A DNA stretch of 64,000 nt from Polyangiales bacterium (GTDB lineage: Bacteria > Myxococcota_A > Polyangia > Polyangiales > Ga0077539), in contig JBGARZ010000003.1 in the NCBI GenBank assembly GCA_044229975.1, positions 224,001-288,000 on the forward strand, read 5' to 3'. The translations under genes were made by a program, and so were the position numbers. Below the pieces are notes generated by a model. It saw nothing but the letters and a program-made list of their open reading frames with translations, made no database searches and was not told where the DNA came from. Each line of letters opens with the position of its first letter. Position 1 is the first letter of the stretch. Positions 20,110 to 28,987 of this stretch are shown piece by piece.

Positions 20110-21522
20110 ATGGGCACCGCCTTGGCCAGCATACTCATCTCCCGCAAGACGCTCGGACTCGCGGCGCTCGACGGCCTCACCGTCCTCGCCTCGCTGGCGG
20201 CGTCTGCCACGCTCTCCAAGCTGGGGGTCGGCGCCGAGCTCGTGCTGACGCTGCTGCGTCACTGGAAGGGCATGACCGTGGTCGCCCTCTCGGTGCACCT
20301 CGCGGCCTTCTATGTGTTCGAGCTCTACAACCTCCACATCGACTTCCGTCGCACGCGCAACCTCCTGCGCTGCCTCGGGGCCGTCGCCACGTCGTCCATC
20401 GTCCTCGCGGTGTCGAGCTTCGTGCTCCCGCGCTGGGGCTTCAGCCGACTGCTCTTCGCCTCGCACGCCGTGCTGCTCTCGCTCGGCACCTGCCTCACGC
20501 GGGTGGTCATCTCGCGCGTGCTCGCCCTGCGCGAGCCGCCCGAGCGGGCGCTGCTCGTCACCGGCGCGCCCGTCCCTCCCGAGGTGCTCGATGAGCTCGC
20601 CCGCAACCCCGAGAGCCCCTTCTCCGTGGTGGGCATCATCTCGGTCGGCCGACCTTCGCAGATCTTCGACGCGATGCGCGCCCCGACCCCGGCGCCCATC
20701 TCGCCGATGGCCGAGTGCGCGACGGCGCTGGAGCGCGAAAACGCCCGCCACCTCCTCGTCGCAAGGCTCGACTCGCTCCCCTACGAGGCGTCGAAGGAAC
20801 TCCTCCGCCTGAAGGGCGAGGGCATCCACGTCCACGAGCTCGCGTCCATATACCAGGACCTCTCCGGGCGCGTTCCGCTGCACCTCGTCGACGACCTGTA
20901 CTTCCTGCGCGTGGCGGCGTTTACCCGCGACACCAACCCCGTGCTCAGCAACCTGCTGCGCGTCTTCGACGTCCTCGTGGCGGTGGTGCTGCTCGCCTTC
21001 TCGTGGCCGCTGTGGCTGTTCGCGTACCTCGGCATCAAGGTCACGATGCCCGGCCCCGCGCTCTACTCCCAGGAGCGCGTCGGCAAGGACGAGGTGCCGT
21101 ACACCATCTACAAGTTTCGCTCGATGCGCCTCGACGCAGAGAAGGAAGGCCCACGCTGGGCGACGCAAAACGACGACCGCGTCACGCCCTTCGGGAAGTT
21201 CCTGCGCCGCACCCGCATCGACGAGCTCCCGCAGCTCTGGAACGTCCTCCGCGGCGACATGTCCCTCGTCGGCCCTCGCCCCGAGCGCGCCGTCTTCGTG
21301 TCGCAGCTCACGCGCGAGATCCCCTACTACGCGCTGCGGTTCCAGATCCGCCCGGGTCTCACCGGATGGGCGCAGGTCAACTACCGCTACGGCGCGTCGG
21401 TCGACGACACGCGCGTGAAGCTGTCCTACGACCTCTTCTACATCCAGGAGCGCTCGCTCTCGCTCTTCTTCGTGACGCTGCTCAAGACCGTACAGACGGT
21501 GCTCTTCAAGCCCGGGTCGTGA
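20110..21522 (+). CDS. Polyprenyl-phosphate glycosylphosphotransferase (WcaJ/WbaP-type initiating sugar transferase)
   Basis: N-terminal TM helices; YKFRSM, DDRVT, RIDELPQLWNVLRGDMSLVGPRPE, PGLTGWAQV. Confidence 0.95.
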   Translation: MGTALASILISRKTLGLAALDGLTVLASLAASATLSKLGVGAELVLTLLRHWKGMTVVALSVHLAAFYVFELYNLHIDFRRTRNLLRCLGAVATSSIVLAVSSFVLPRWGFSRLLFASHAVLLSLGTCLTRVVISRVLALREPPERALLVTGAPVPPEVLDELARNPESPFSVVGIISVGRPSQIFDAMRAPTPAPISPMAECATALERENARHLLVARLDSLPYEASKELLRLKGEGIHVHELASIYQDLSGRVPLHLVDDLYFLRVAAFTRDTNPVLSNLLRVFDVLVAVVLLAFSWPLWLFAYLGIKVTMPGPALYSQERVGKDEVPYTIYKFRSMRLDAEKEGPRWATQNDDRVTPFGKFLRRTRIDELPQLWNVLRGDMSLVGPRPERAVFVSQLTREIPYYALRFQIRPGLTGWAQVNYRYGASVDDTRVKLSYDLFYIQERSLSLFFVTLLKTVQTVLFKPGS

Positions 21523-21553
21523 CGCCCCTCCGGGTGGTAGCGTCCTCCTCGCG

Positions 21554-22609
21554 ATGTTCTCCCGCACCCTCTCGCGCTTCACCGTCGGCCTCACGCTCTC
21601 CCTCGCCCTCGACGCGTGCTCGGTCTCGGACTTCGTGCTGCGCCCCGCCGACGCGGGCGACGCCGGCACCGTCCAGCCGATGGGCGACGTCCCGGTCGGT
21701 CCCGACGACCGCCCCGTGACGCCCATCGATGGCTCGGTGCCTCCGACCGACGTCACGGGCACGCCGACCGACGGGGGCACCGACGTTGGTACAGCCCCCA
21801 TCGACACGGGACCCGCCACGGCGTGCAACGTCACCGAGGCCGTCGCGCGCTCGCTGCCGGCGTTCAACGCCGCGACCATTGCGCGGGTGAGAGCCCTCCG
21901 CGCGGCAGGCCTCACGCGGGGCAACCGCGCCAACGTGTTTGCGAAGGTGGGCGACTCCATCACCGAGGCCGCGGGCTTCCTCGCCGACCTCGGCTTCGAC
22001 TACGAGACCGACTACGGCCGCTACGGGTGCCTGCGCGCCACGCGCGACTACTTCGCCAGCACCTCGCTCGGGTCGGACAGCAACAGCTTCAACCGCGCGA
22101 GCGTGACGGCCATGGGCGGCTGGCTCTCCTCGCAGCCGCTGCTGGGCGACCCGGCGAGCCCGCTGCGCGCCGAGCTCGACGCGACGCACCCGCTCTACGC
22201 CATCGTCATGATCGGCACCAACGACCTCGCGAGCGGCACCCTCGCCGAGTACACGACCAACCTCACGCGCATCGTCACGATCATCGAGGAGTACGGCACC
22301 GTCCCGATCGTCTCGACGATCCCCGACCGCCCCGAGGACGCCCGCTTCGCGCCGCTGGTCACGTCCTTCAACGACGCCATCCGCGCGCTCACGGCGTCGC
22401 GCAACCTCCCGCTCGTCGACTACTGGCAGTCGATGCAAGACCTCCCCGGGCACGGCGTGAGCGACGACGGCATCCACCCGTCGATCTTCCGCGACATGGG
22501 CGACGCCCAGGGTCGACAGCTCACCGATGCCGCGCTCCGCTTCGGCTACAACATGCGCAACCTCACGGCGCTGCTGATGTTGGAGCGGCTCCGCGCGCTG
22601 CCGCAGTGA
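21554..22609 (+). CDS. SGNH/GDSL hydrolase lipoprotein
   Basis: KVGDSIT, IGTND, DGIHP. Confidence 0.9.
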   Translation: MFSRTLSRFTVGLTLSLALDACSVSDFVLRPADAGDAGTVQPMGDVPVGPDDRPVTPIDGSVPPTDVTGTPTDGGTDVGTAPIDTGPATACNVTEAVARSLPAFNAATIARVRALRAAGLTRGNRANVFAKVGDSITEAAGFLADLGFDYETDYGRYGCLRATRDYFASTSLGSDSNSFNRASVTAMGGWLSSQPLLGDPASPLRAELDATHPLYAIVMIGTNDLASGTLAEYTTNLTRIVTIIEEYGTVPIVSTIPDRPEDARFAPLVTSFNDAIRALTASRNLPLVDYWQSMQDLPGHGVSDDGIHPSIFRDMGDAQGRQLTDAALRFGYNMRNLTALLMLERLRALPQ

Positions 22610-23415
22610 CCGCGCGCCGCCTCGCCCTCGCCCTCGCCCTCGCGGGCTGCACCCAGCGCGCGAGCCGCCCTCCTCCACCACGTCCCGCCGTCGTCGCGCC
22701 GACGCCAACACCCGCTCCCGTCTGGACCGTCGCAGCGCCCGGTCTCTCGTGGGCGACGGTCGACGTCGGCTTCGACGAGGCGCCGACGCGCCTGCGCTGG
22801 GCGGTGGTTCGCGTCGACCTCACGCGCTGGTCGCTCGACGTGCGGCGCTCGCCTGACGACCGCGTCGCCGGACTCGCGGCGGACGTGACCGTCGCGGCGG
22901 CGGTCAACGGCGGGTTCTTCGAGCCCGACTTCTCTCCCAGCGGGCTCCTCATCGGTCGCGGCGTGACCCATGGGCGACGTGCGCCGCGCGGCGGATCGGG
23001 CGTGCTCACGGTGCGGGCGGGCCTCGCGGCGGTCGAGGCCGCCGACGCGCAGCCCGAGGACTTCACGGGCGAGCTCGCGGTGCAGTGCGGCCCGCGTCTG
23101 GTGGAAGAGGGCGGCCTCGTGGGCATCCACCGCGACGACGGACGACGCTTCGCGCGCACGGCGGCGTGTGTGCGGGACGGCGGGCACACCGTCGACCTCG
23201 TCACCACCTGGGACCCCGACGCGCCGCTCCGCGGACCGGGCCTGCTGTGGTTCGCGCGCCGCCTCGCGGGTCCGTCTCCGACGGGCGACGCGCGGGGCTG
23301 TGAGCGGGCGCTCAACCTGGACGGCGGCCCCTCGACGGGCTTCTACGTCCGCGGCGCCGAGGGTCACCCGGCGACCGGTCCCACCCCGTGGCTGCTGACC
23401 GTGCGCGCACGATGA
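22606..23415 (+). CDS. Phosphodiester glycosidase (NAGPA) family lipoprotein
   Basis: GTGA overlap; lipobox LAGC; VNGGFF, QCGPRLV, ARTA, ALNLDGGPST. Confidence 0.85.
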   Translation: MTARRLALALALAGCTQRASRPPPPRPAVVAPTPTPAPVWTVAAPGLSWATVDVGFDEAPTRLRWAVVRVDLTRWSLDVRRSPDDRVAGLAADVTVAAAVNGGFFEPDFSPSGLLIGRGVTHGRRAPRGGSGVLTVRAGLAAVEAADAQPEDFTGELAVQCGPRLVEEGGLVGIHRDDGRRFARTAACVRDGGHTVDLVTTWDPDAPLRGPGLLWFARRLAGPSPTGDARGCERALNLDGGPSTGFYVRGAEGHPATGPTPWLLTVRAR

Positions 23416-23450
23416 TCGCCACCCGCGCGGGCGTCTGGCATTCTGCGCCG

Positions 23451-25073
23451 ATGCTTCGGATGCTGGTTCGCGCGGTGTGGCTGCTGGGGTTTCTGGCGGC
23501 GTTGGGGTGTTCGCGCGGACAGCTCCCGAACATCCCCGACGCGGGCGACGATGGCGAGGACGCGACCGCCGGCTTCGACCTGGGCGTCGACCCGCGCTGC
23601 GGCTCGGCCCGCTCGTCGTGCTGCGGCGGGCGCGCCTGCAACCGCGGCCTCGCCTGCGAGGAGGGGCTCTGCTGCGGCCTCGCGAGCGCGACGTGCCGCG
23701 ACCAGCTCGATTGCTGCGGCCTGTACGGCTGCAACGAGGGGCGCTGCTGCGTCGACAACGGCGGCCTCTGCGAGAACTCCACCGACTGCTGCGCGGGCGG
23801 CCTCTGCCGCGACGGTCTGTGCGAGCGCGGCAACGAGTGCGGCACCATCGGCCAGCGCTGCTGCGTCGGCGACCTCTGCGCGAGCGGCGGGTCGTGCCAG
23901 GGCGGCATGTGCGCCGCCTGCGGCCACGCCGACGGCCCGTGCTGCGACGGCCAGTGCGACTCCGGGCTCCAGTGCACCGAGGGGAGCTGCCGGGTGCCGA
24001 CGGCCTGCGGCGCGGTCGACCAGCCCTGCTGCAACGGCCGAGCGTGCGAGCGCGGATCGGAGTGCACGGCGGGCGTGTGCCGACAGCCCGCGAGCTGCGG
24101 CGCGATGGGCGAGGTGTGCTGCCCGGGCAACGCGTGCGCGAGCCCGCTCGTTTGCACGTCGGGTCGGTGCGCGACGCCCGCGCCGACCTGCGGCTCGCTC
24201 GGCCGCGCGTGTTGCAGCGGCGGCTCGTGCAGCGCGCCCCTCAACTGTAGCGGCGGGACCTGCGCGATGTGCAACGCACCCGGCAGCACCTGCACCATCG
24301 CGTCGCAGTGCTGCGGGGGCTTCGACTGCCGCCCGACGCCCGTGACCAGCCGCTGCTGCCACCGACAGGGCGCGAGCTGCGCGACCTCGCTGGAGTGCTG
24401 CGGCACCATGCTCTGCGACGAGGACGGCCTCTGCGCGTGCCGGGCGCTCGGAACATCGTGCAGCGACGACAACGACTGCTGCGAGGGATCGCGGTGCAGC
24501 GAGGGCATCTGCCGCACGACGGCGACGTGTCGGCCCGCGGGCACGACGGGGTGTTCGAGCGCCGAGGACTGCTGCACGGGCCTGCTCTGCTCGACGAGCA
24601 CCGCGGGTGGCCGGTGCTGCGCGGGCGCCGGCTCGACGTGCACGCCCGCCGACGCGGGGGTCAGCAACGGCGGCTGCTGCGGCTCGATGACGTGCATCCG
24701 CAGCGGCGCCACCGGGTACTGCGCGTGCCGGATGATCGACGAGACCTGCGGGTCGACCAGCGACTGCTGCTCCGGGTACACGTGCACGAGCGGCCGGTGT
24801 CGCCCGCCCACGCCGACGTGTTACGGGCTCGGCAACACTGCGGTCTGCAACTCCACCACGCAGTGCTGCGGCAGCCTGATCTGCGCGTCGCTGCGGAGCG
24901 TCCGGCACTGCTGCACCGGCGCGCGCAGCGCGTGCAGCGCGAGCATCGAGTGCTGCGGGTCGATGATCTGCTACGCGGGCCGCTGCGCCTGCCGCACCGC
25001 CGCGCAGAGCTGCATGCAGGACGGCGACTGCTGCACCGGGCGCTGCCTGAGCGGGGCGTGCACCGCTTCGTAG
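23451..25073 (+). CDS. Lipoprotein made of tandem six-cysteine modules
   Basis: Lipobox ALGC, then ~17 Cys modules; alternative start 23412 (ATGA overlap). Confidence 0.85.
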   Translation: MLRMLVRAVWLLGFLAALGCSRGQLPNIPDAGDDGEDATAGFDLGVDPRCGSARSSCCGGRACNRGLACEEGLCCGLASATCRDQLDCCGLYGCNEGRCCVDNGGLCENSTDCCAGGLCRDGLCERGNECGTIGQRCCVGDLCASGGSCQGGMCAACGHADGPCCDGQCDSGLQCTEGSCRVPTACGAVDQPCCNGRACERGSECTAGVCRQPASCGAMGEVCCPGNACASPLVCTSGRCATPAPTCGSLGRACCSGGSCSAPLNCSGGTCAMCNAPGSTCTIASQCCGGFDCRPTPVTSRCCHRQGASCATSLECCGTMLCDEDGLCACRALGTSCSDDNDCCEGSRCSEGICRTTATCRPAGTTGCSSAEDCCTGLLCSTSTAGGRCCAGAGSTCTPADAGVSNGGCCGSMTCIRSGATGYCACRMIDETCGSTSDCCSGYTCTSGRCRPPTPTCYGLGNTAVCNSTTQCCGSLICASLRSVRHCCTGARSACSASIECCGSMICYAGRCACRTAAQSCMQDGDCCTGRCLSGACTAS

Positions 25074-25105
25074 CGGGACCTGGTCAGAGAGCGACGCCCG
25101 CTCCC

Positions 25106-25792
25106 TTACAGCACCAGCTTGTAGCCGCGCCCGTAGACCGTGAGGATGTGCTGCGGCCGGTCGGGGGTGGTCTCGATCTTCTTGCGGAGCTTCACGATGA
25201 AGTTGTCCACCGCGCGGCTGTTGATGGCCTGCACGCCCCACACGCGGTCGAGGATCTCGTCGCGGCCGATGGCCTCACCCGCGCGCTCCATCATCAAGCG
25301 CAGCAGCTCGACCTCGTAGGAGGTGAGCGCCTCTTCCTTGCCGTCGAGCACCACGGCGTGGCCCGCGAGGTTGACCTCCGCGCGGCCGATGCGCACCAGC
25401 GCCGGGGCCGTCGACACCCGCTCGACGCGACGCAGCGCCGCCCGCACCCGCGCCGCGAGCTCGCCCAGCGAAAACGGCTTGGTGACGTAGTCGTCGGCGC
25501 CCGCGTCGAGGCCGCGGATCTTGTCGCTGTCCTGGCTGCGCGCCGACAGGATGAGGATGGGCACCGTGCGCGACCAGCGGCGGAGCTGGACGCACACCTC
25601 GTAGCCGTTGGTGTCGGGAAGCATCAGGTCGAGCAGCACCAGGTCGGGCCCCGCCGAGCGCGCGAGCTCGACGCCCTGCTTGCCCGTCGGCGCGTGCACC
25701 ACGCGGTACCCCTCGAACGACAGCGCGTCGGTGATGCCCAACGCCATCGCCGGCTCGTCCTCCACCAGCAGGATCAGCTTCTCGGGGTTCAT
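25106..25792 (-). CDS. OmpR/PhoB family response regulator (no adjacent kinase)
   Basis: LLVEDE, LLDLMLP, GADDYVTKPF, winged helix ILTVYGRGY. Confidence 0.95.
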   Translation of the reverse strand: MNPEKLILLVEDEPAMALGITDALSFEGYRVVHAPTGKQGVELARSAGPDLVLLDLMLPDTNGYEVCVQLRRWSRTVPILILSARSQDSDKIRGLDAGADDYVTKPFSLGELAARVRAALRRVERVSTAPALVRIGRAEVNLAGHAVVLDGKEEALTSYEVELLRLMMERAGEAIGRDEILDRVWGVQAINSRAVDNFIVKLRKKIETTPDRPQHILTVYGRGYKLVL

Positions 25793-25887
25793 GCGCGCCG
25801 CCCGATGTTCTACCCGAACGGGTGCCCGCGCTCCATCGCTACGCGCGTTGACCCTGCGCCCGCGGACGTGCCATTCCCTTGAGCCTG

Positions 25888-26847
25888 ATGCGAAGCGAAG
25901 CGCGCGCCCTCTACCCCGACGCCGACGCCCACCACGTCGGCACGCTCCGGGTCTCCGACCTCCACGAGCTCTACTACGAGGTCTCGGGCAACCCCGATGG
26001 CAAGCCCGTGGTGTTTCTGCACGGCGGCCCCGGCGGCGGCAGCGACCCGCGCTACCGCCGCTTCTTCGACCCGGCGCGCTACCGCGTGGTGCTCTTCGAC
26101 CAGCGCGGCAGCGGCCGCAGCACGCCCTACGCGTCGCTCGTGGACAACACCACGCAGCACCTCGTGTCGGACATCGAGGCGCTGCGCTCGCACCTCGGCA
26201 TCTCGCGCTGGCAGGTGTTCGGCGGATCGTGGGGCAGCACCCTCGCCCTCGCCTACGCCCAGGCGCACCCCGAGCGCGTCACGGAGCTCGTCCTGCGCGG
26301 CATCTTCCTGCTGCGCCAGAAGGAGATCGCGTGGTTCTACCAGCAGGGCGCGAGCGAGCTGTTTCCCGACGCGTGGGAGAAGTTTCTGGCGCCCATCCCC
26401 GAGGCCGAGCGGGGCGACCTCGTGAGCGCGTACCACAAGCGCCTCACGGGCGATGACCCCATCGAGCGCTCGCGCTGCGCCGTCGCGTGGAGCGTGTGGG
26501 AGGGCAGCACGAGCCGGCTCATCCCCGACCCCGACATGGTGCGCCGCACGGGCGACGCCCACTTCGCCGAGGCCTTCGCGCGCATCGAGTGCCACTACTT
26601 CGTCAACAAGGGCTTCCTGCGCTCCGACCGCCAGCTCCTCGAAGACGTCGGCCGCATCCGGCACATCCCGGCGGTGATCGTTCAGGGCCGCTACGACGTG
26701 GTGTGCCCGATGGACTCCGCGTGGGCGCTGCACCGCGCGTGGCCCGAGGCGGACTTCATCGTGGTGCCTGACGCCGGGCACGCGGTCATCGAGCCCGGCA
26801 TCACGCGCGCGCTCCTCGACGCGACCGATCGCTTCTCTACTCGTTGA
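25888..26847 (+). CDS. pip: Proline iminopeptidase (S33)
   Basis: LHGGPG, FDQRG, GGSWGS, IECHYF, QGRYD, AGH. Confidence 0.96.
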   Translation: MRSEARALYPDADAHHVGTLRVSDLHELYYEVSGNPDGKPVVFLHGGPGGGSDPRYRRFFDPARYRVVLFDQRGSGRSTPYASLVDNTTQHLVSDIEALRSHLGISRWQVFGGSWGSTLALAYAQAHPERVTELVLRGIFLLRQKEIAWFYQQGASELFPDAWEKFLAPIPEAERGDLVSAYHKRLTGDDPIERSRCAVAWSVWEGSTSRLIPDPDMVRRTGDAHFAEAFARIECHYFVNKGFLRSDRQLLEDVGRIRHIPAVIVQGRYDVVCPMDSAWALHRAWPEADFIVVPDAGHAVIEPGITRALLDATDRFSTR

Positions 26848-26886
26848 CGCGGGCGCCTCCGCCTCCCTAAGGTCGCCGACCACCCG

Positions 26887-27162
26887 ATGGACCTCAAGAA
26901 GACCCTGCTCAAGCAGGCCATGAAGCTCGCGCAAAACCCCAAGGTCATGGAGATCGCCACGCACCCGAAGGTGATGGAGGTCGCCATGAAGGCGATGACC
27001 GCGCGCGGCCAGCTCAGCACCGCGGTGGACGGCGCCACGCGCTCGGTAGCCCGCGGGCTCAACCTCGCGACGCGCGACGAGATGAAAGAACTCCGTCGCA
27101 CCATCCGTCGCCTGGAAGACGAGCTCGCCGCGAAGCGCGACGGCGGCACCGGGGGGACGTGA
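26887..27162 (+). CDS. Small helical protein with phasin/UbiK-like C-terminal coiled coil
   Basis: LNLATRDEMKELRRTIRRLE; candidate promoter TTGACG (26844)-N18-TAAGGT upstream. Confidence 0.7.
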   Translation: MDLKKTLLKQAMKLAQNPKVMEIATHPKVMEVAMKAMTARGQLSTAVDGATRSVARGLNLATRDEMKELRRTIRRLEDELAAKRDGGTGGT

Positions 27163-27905
27163 AGGGGGCGGCGGCGCTGCTGGCGCTGACGCTCGCGACG
27201 GGCTGCCACACGCAGGCTGCGGCCACGACGGAGCCGACGACGGGGCGCCACTCGCACGCGTCGCACGCGCACGCCGCGAGCGAGCACGCCAGCAACGCCC
27301 CCACGGAGGCGCCCTCGGCGGCGGCGCAGCGTCGCTACGAGGAGGGAGCCGCGGCTGCGGCGAGGCGCGACTGGGCCGCAGCGGCGCGAGCCTTCACTGA
27401 CGCGCATGCGTTGGTTCCGTCGACGGAGCTGGCCTTCAACGCGGGGCGGATGTTTGAGCACCTCGCGGACTTCGAGCACGCGGCGGAGTGGTACCGGCGG
27501 GTGCTCGCGAGCAACCCGTCGTCCTTGGTGCGTGCGCAGGTCAACGAGCGCCTCGCCGCGGTGGAGCGCGACGCGCAGAGCCAGCGCAGCACCAACACGC
27601 AGGCTCCGCCCGACGCAGCGGCGCTCGCGGCCGAGGCGTCGATGTGGTTCGAGCGCGGGATGCGCTTCTTCCGTCGGCGGCAGTGGGCCGAGGCGCTGCA
27701 AGCCTTCGAGACGGCCAACCAGGTGCTGCAGACGACGCACGGTGACTCGGCCGAGCTGATGTTCAACCTCGGCGTGACGCACGAGCACCTCGGGCACCGC
27801 GGCGAGGCCGAAGCAGCGTTTCGGTCGTACCTGTCCGCGCGCCCCGACTCGCCCGCGCGGGCGGAGATCGAGGCGCGCATCCAGCGGCTGCGCCGGGAGC
27901 GCTGA
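27159..27905 (+). CDS. Tetratricopeptide repeat lipoprotein
   Basis: GTGA overlap; lipobox ATGC; two TPR pairs (LAFNAGRMFE, LMFNLGVTHE). Confidence 0.85.
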   Translation: MKGAAALLALTLATGCHTQAAATTEPTTGRHSHASHAHAASEHASNAPTEAPSAAAQRRYEEGAAAAARRDWAAAARAFTDAHALVPSTELAFNAGRMFEHLADFEHAAEWYRRVLASNPSSLVRAQVNERLAAVERDAQSQRSTNTQAPPDAAALAAEASMWFERGMRFFRRRQWAEALQAFETANQVLQTTHGDSAELMFNLGVTHEHLGHRGEAEAAFRSYLSARPDSPARAEIEARIQRLRRER

Positions 27906-27912
27906 CGACGAA

Positions 27913-28974
27913 TCAGGTGTGGGGCGGGAGCACGGCGCCGGCCGGGATCGGGCCGCTGAGCGCGCGGAGGAAGGCGGTGAGGCGCTGCACCTGCGTGGCA
28001 TCGAGGTCGCGACCGAGCTGCACCGAGCCCATGGTGCGCACCGCGTCTTCGAGCGTGCGGGCATGGGCGTCGTGGAACCACGGCCCCGTGTCGGCGACGT
28101 TGCGCAGCGTGGGGACCTTGAAGAAGTAGCGGTCGGCCTCGCGGTGCGTGACGCCGAAGCGCCCGACGTCGGCGGCCGTGAGGGGCGTCCCCCGTTGAGC
28201 GAAGTAGTCGCGCACGGCGCCCATCTTCTGGAACGACGTTCCGCCGATGTTGATGCCGAGGTGGCAGGTGGTGCAGCCGACAGATTCGAAGAGCCGCGCA
28301 CCCTCGCGCTGCTCTTCGTTGAGGGCGAGGTCATCGCCGCGCAGGAAGCGGTCGATGGGCCCCGGCGTGATGAGGGTCTCCTCGTAGACCGCGATGGCGT
28401 CGCACACGGTCTCTTGCGTGATGCCAGTGGGGTACGACTCGCGGAAGGCGCTCACGTAGTCGGGCGAGCGGTTGAGGGCGATGACGACGTTGGGCCACGT
28501 GTGACCCATCTCCATCGGGTTGGCGACGGGGCCCGCCGCCTGGTCGCGCAGGTTGCCCGCGCGCCCGTCCCAGAACTGCACGAAGTTGTAGCGGGCGTTG
28601 AGCACCGTCGGCGAGTTGATGGGGCCGACCTGGTTGCGCACGCCGAGCGAGGAGGGGCGACGGTCGGTTCCGCCCTGGTCGAGGGCGTGGCAGCTCGCGC
28701 ACGACAGGGTGTTGTCGACCGAGAGCGCGGTGTCATGGAAGAGACGGCGGCCGAGCACGCGCTTGCGCTCATCGACCTCGACGCGATCGGGCAGCGCCTG
28801 GAGCGAGGCCCGCAGACGACGAAACTCGGGTGGCGACTCGGGGTGGGTCGAGGGCTCGACGTTTTCGCGCGCGGGCGGCTGCTCGCGCGGACTACGGCAC
28901 GCCTGGAGGGCGGCCGCGCCGAGGGTGACGACGCACAGCGAGCCGAGGAGCGTGGCGGACGTTCGGAGGTTCAT
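27913..28974 (-). CDS. Di-haem cytochrome c peroxidase (CcpA/MauG family) lipoprotein
   Basis: CASCH and CTTCH; NSPTVLN, QFWDGRA, NPMEM, FKVPTLRNV..T.PWFHD. Confidence 0.93.
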   Translation of the reverse strand: MNLRTSATLLGSLCVVTLGAAALQACRSPREQPPARENVEPSTHPESPPEFRRLRASLQALPDRVEVDERKRVLGRRLFHDTALSVDNTLSCASCHALDQGGTDRRPSSLGVRNQVGPINSPTVLNARYNFVQFWDGRAGNLRDQAAGPVANPMEMGHTWPNVVIALNRSPDYVSAFRESYPTGITQETVCDAIAVYEETLITPGPIDRFLRGDDLALNEEQREGARLFESVGCTTCHLGINIGGTSFQKMGAVRDYFAQRGTPLTAADVGRFGVTHREADRYFFKVPTLRNVADTGPWFHDAHARTLEDAVRTMGSVQLGRDLDATQVQRLTAFLRALSGPIPAGAVLPPHT

Positions 28975-28987
28975 GGCGGTGCTTCCT

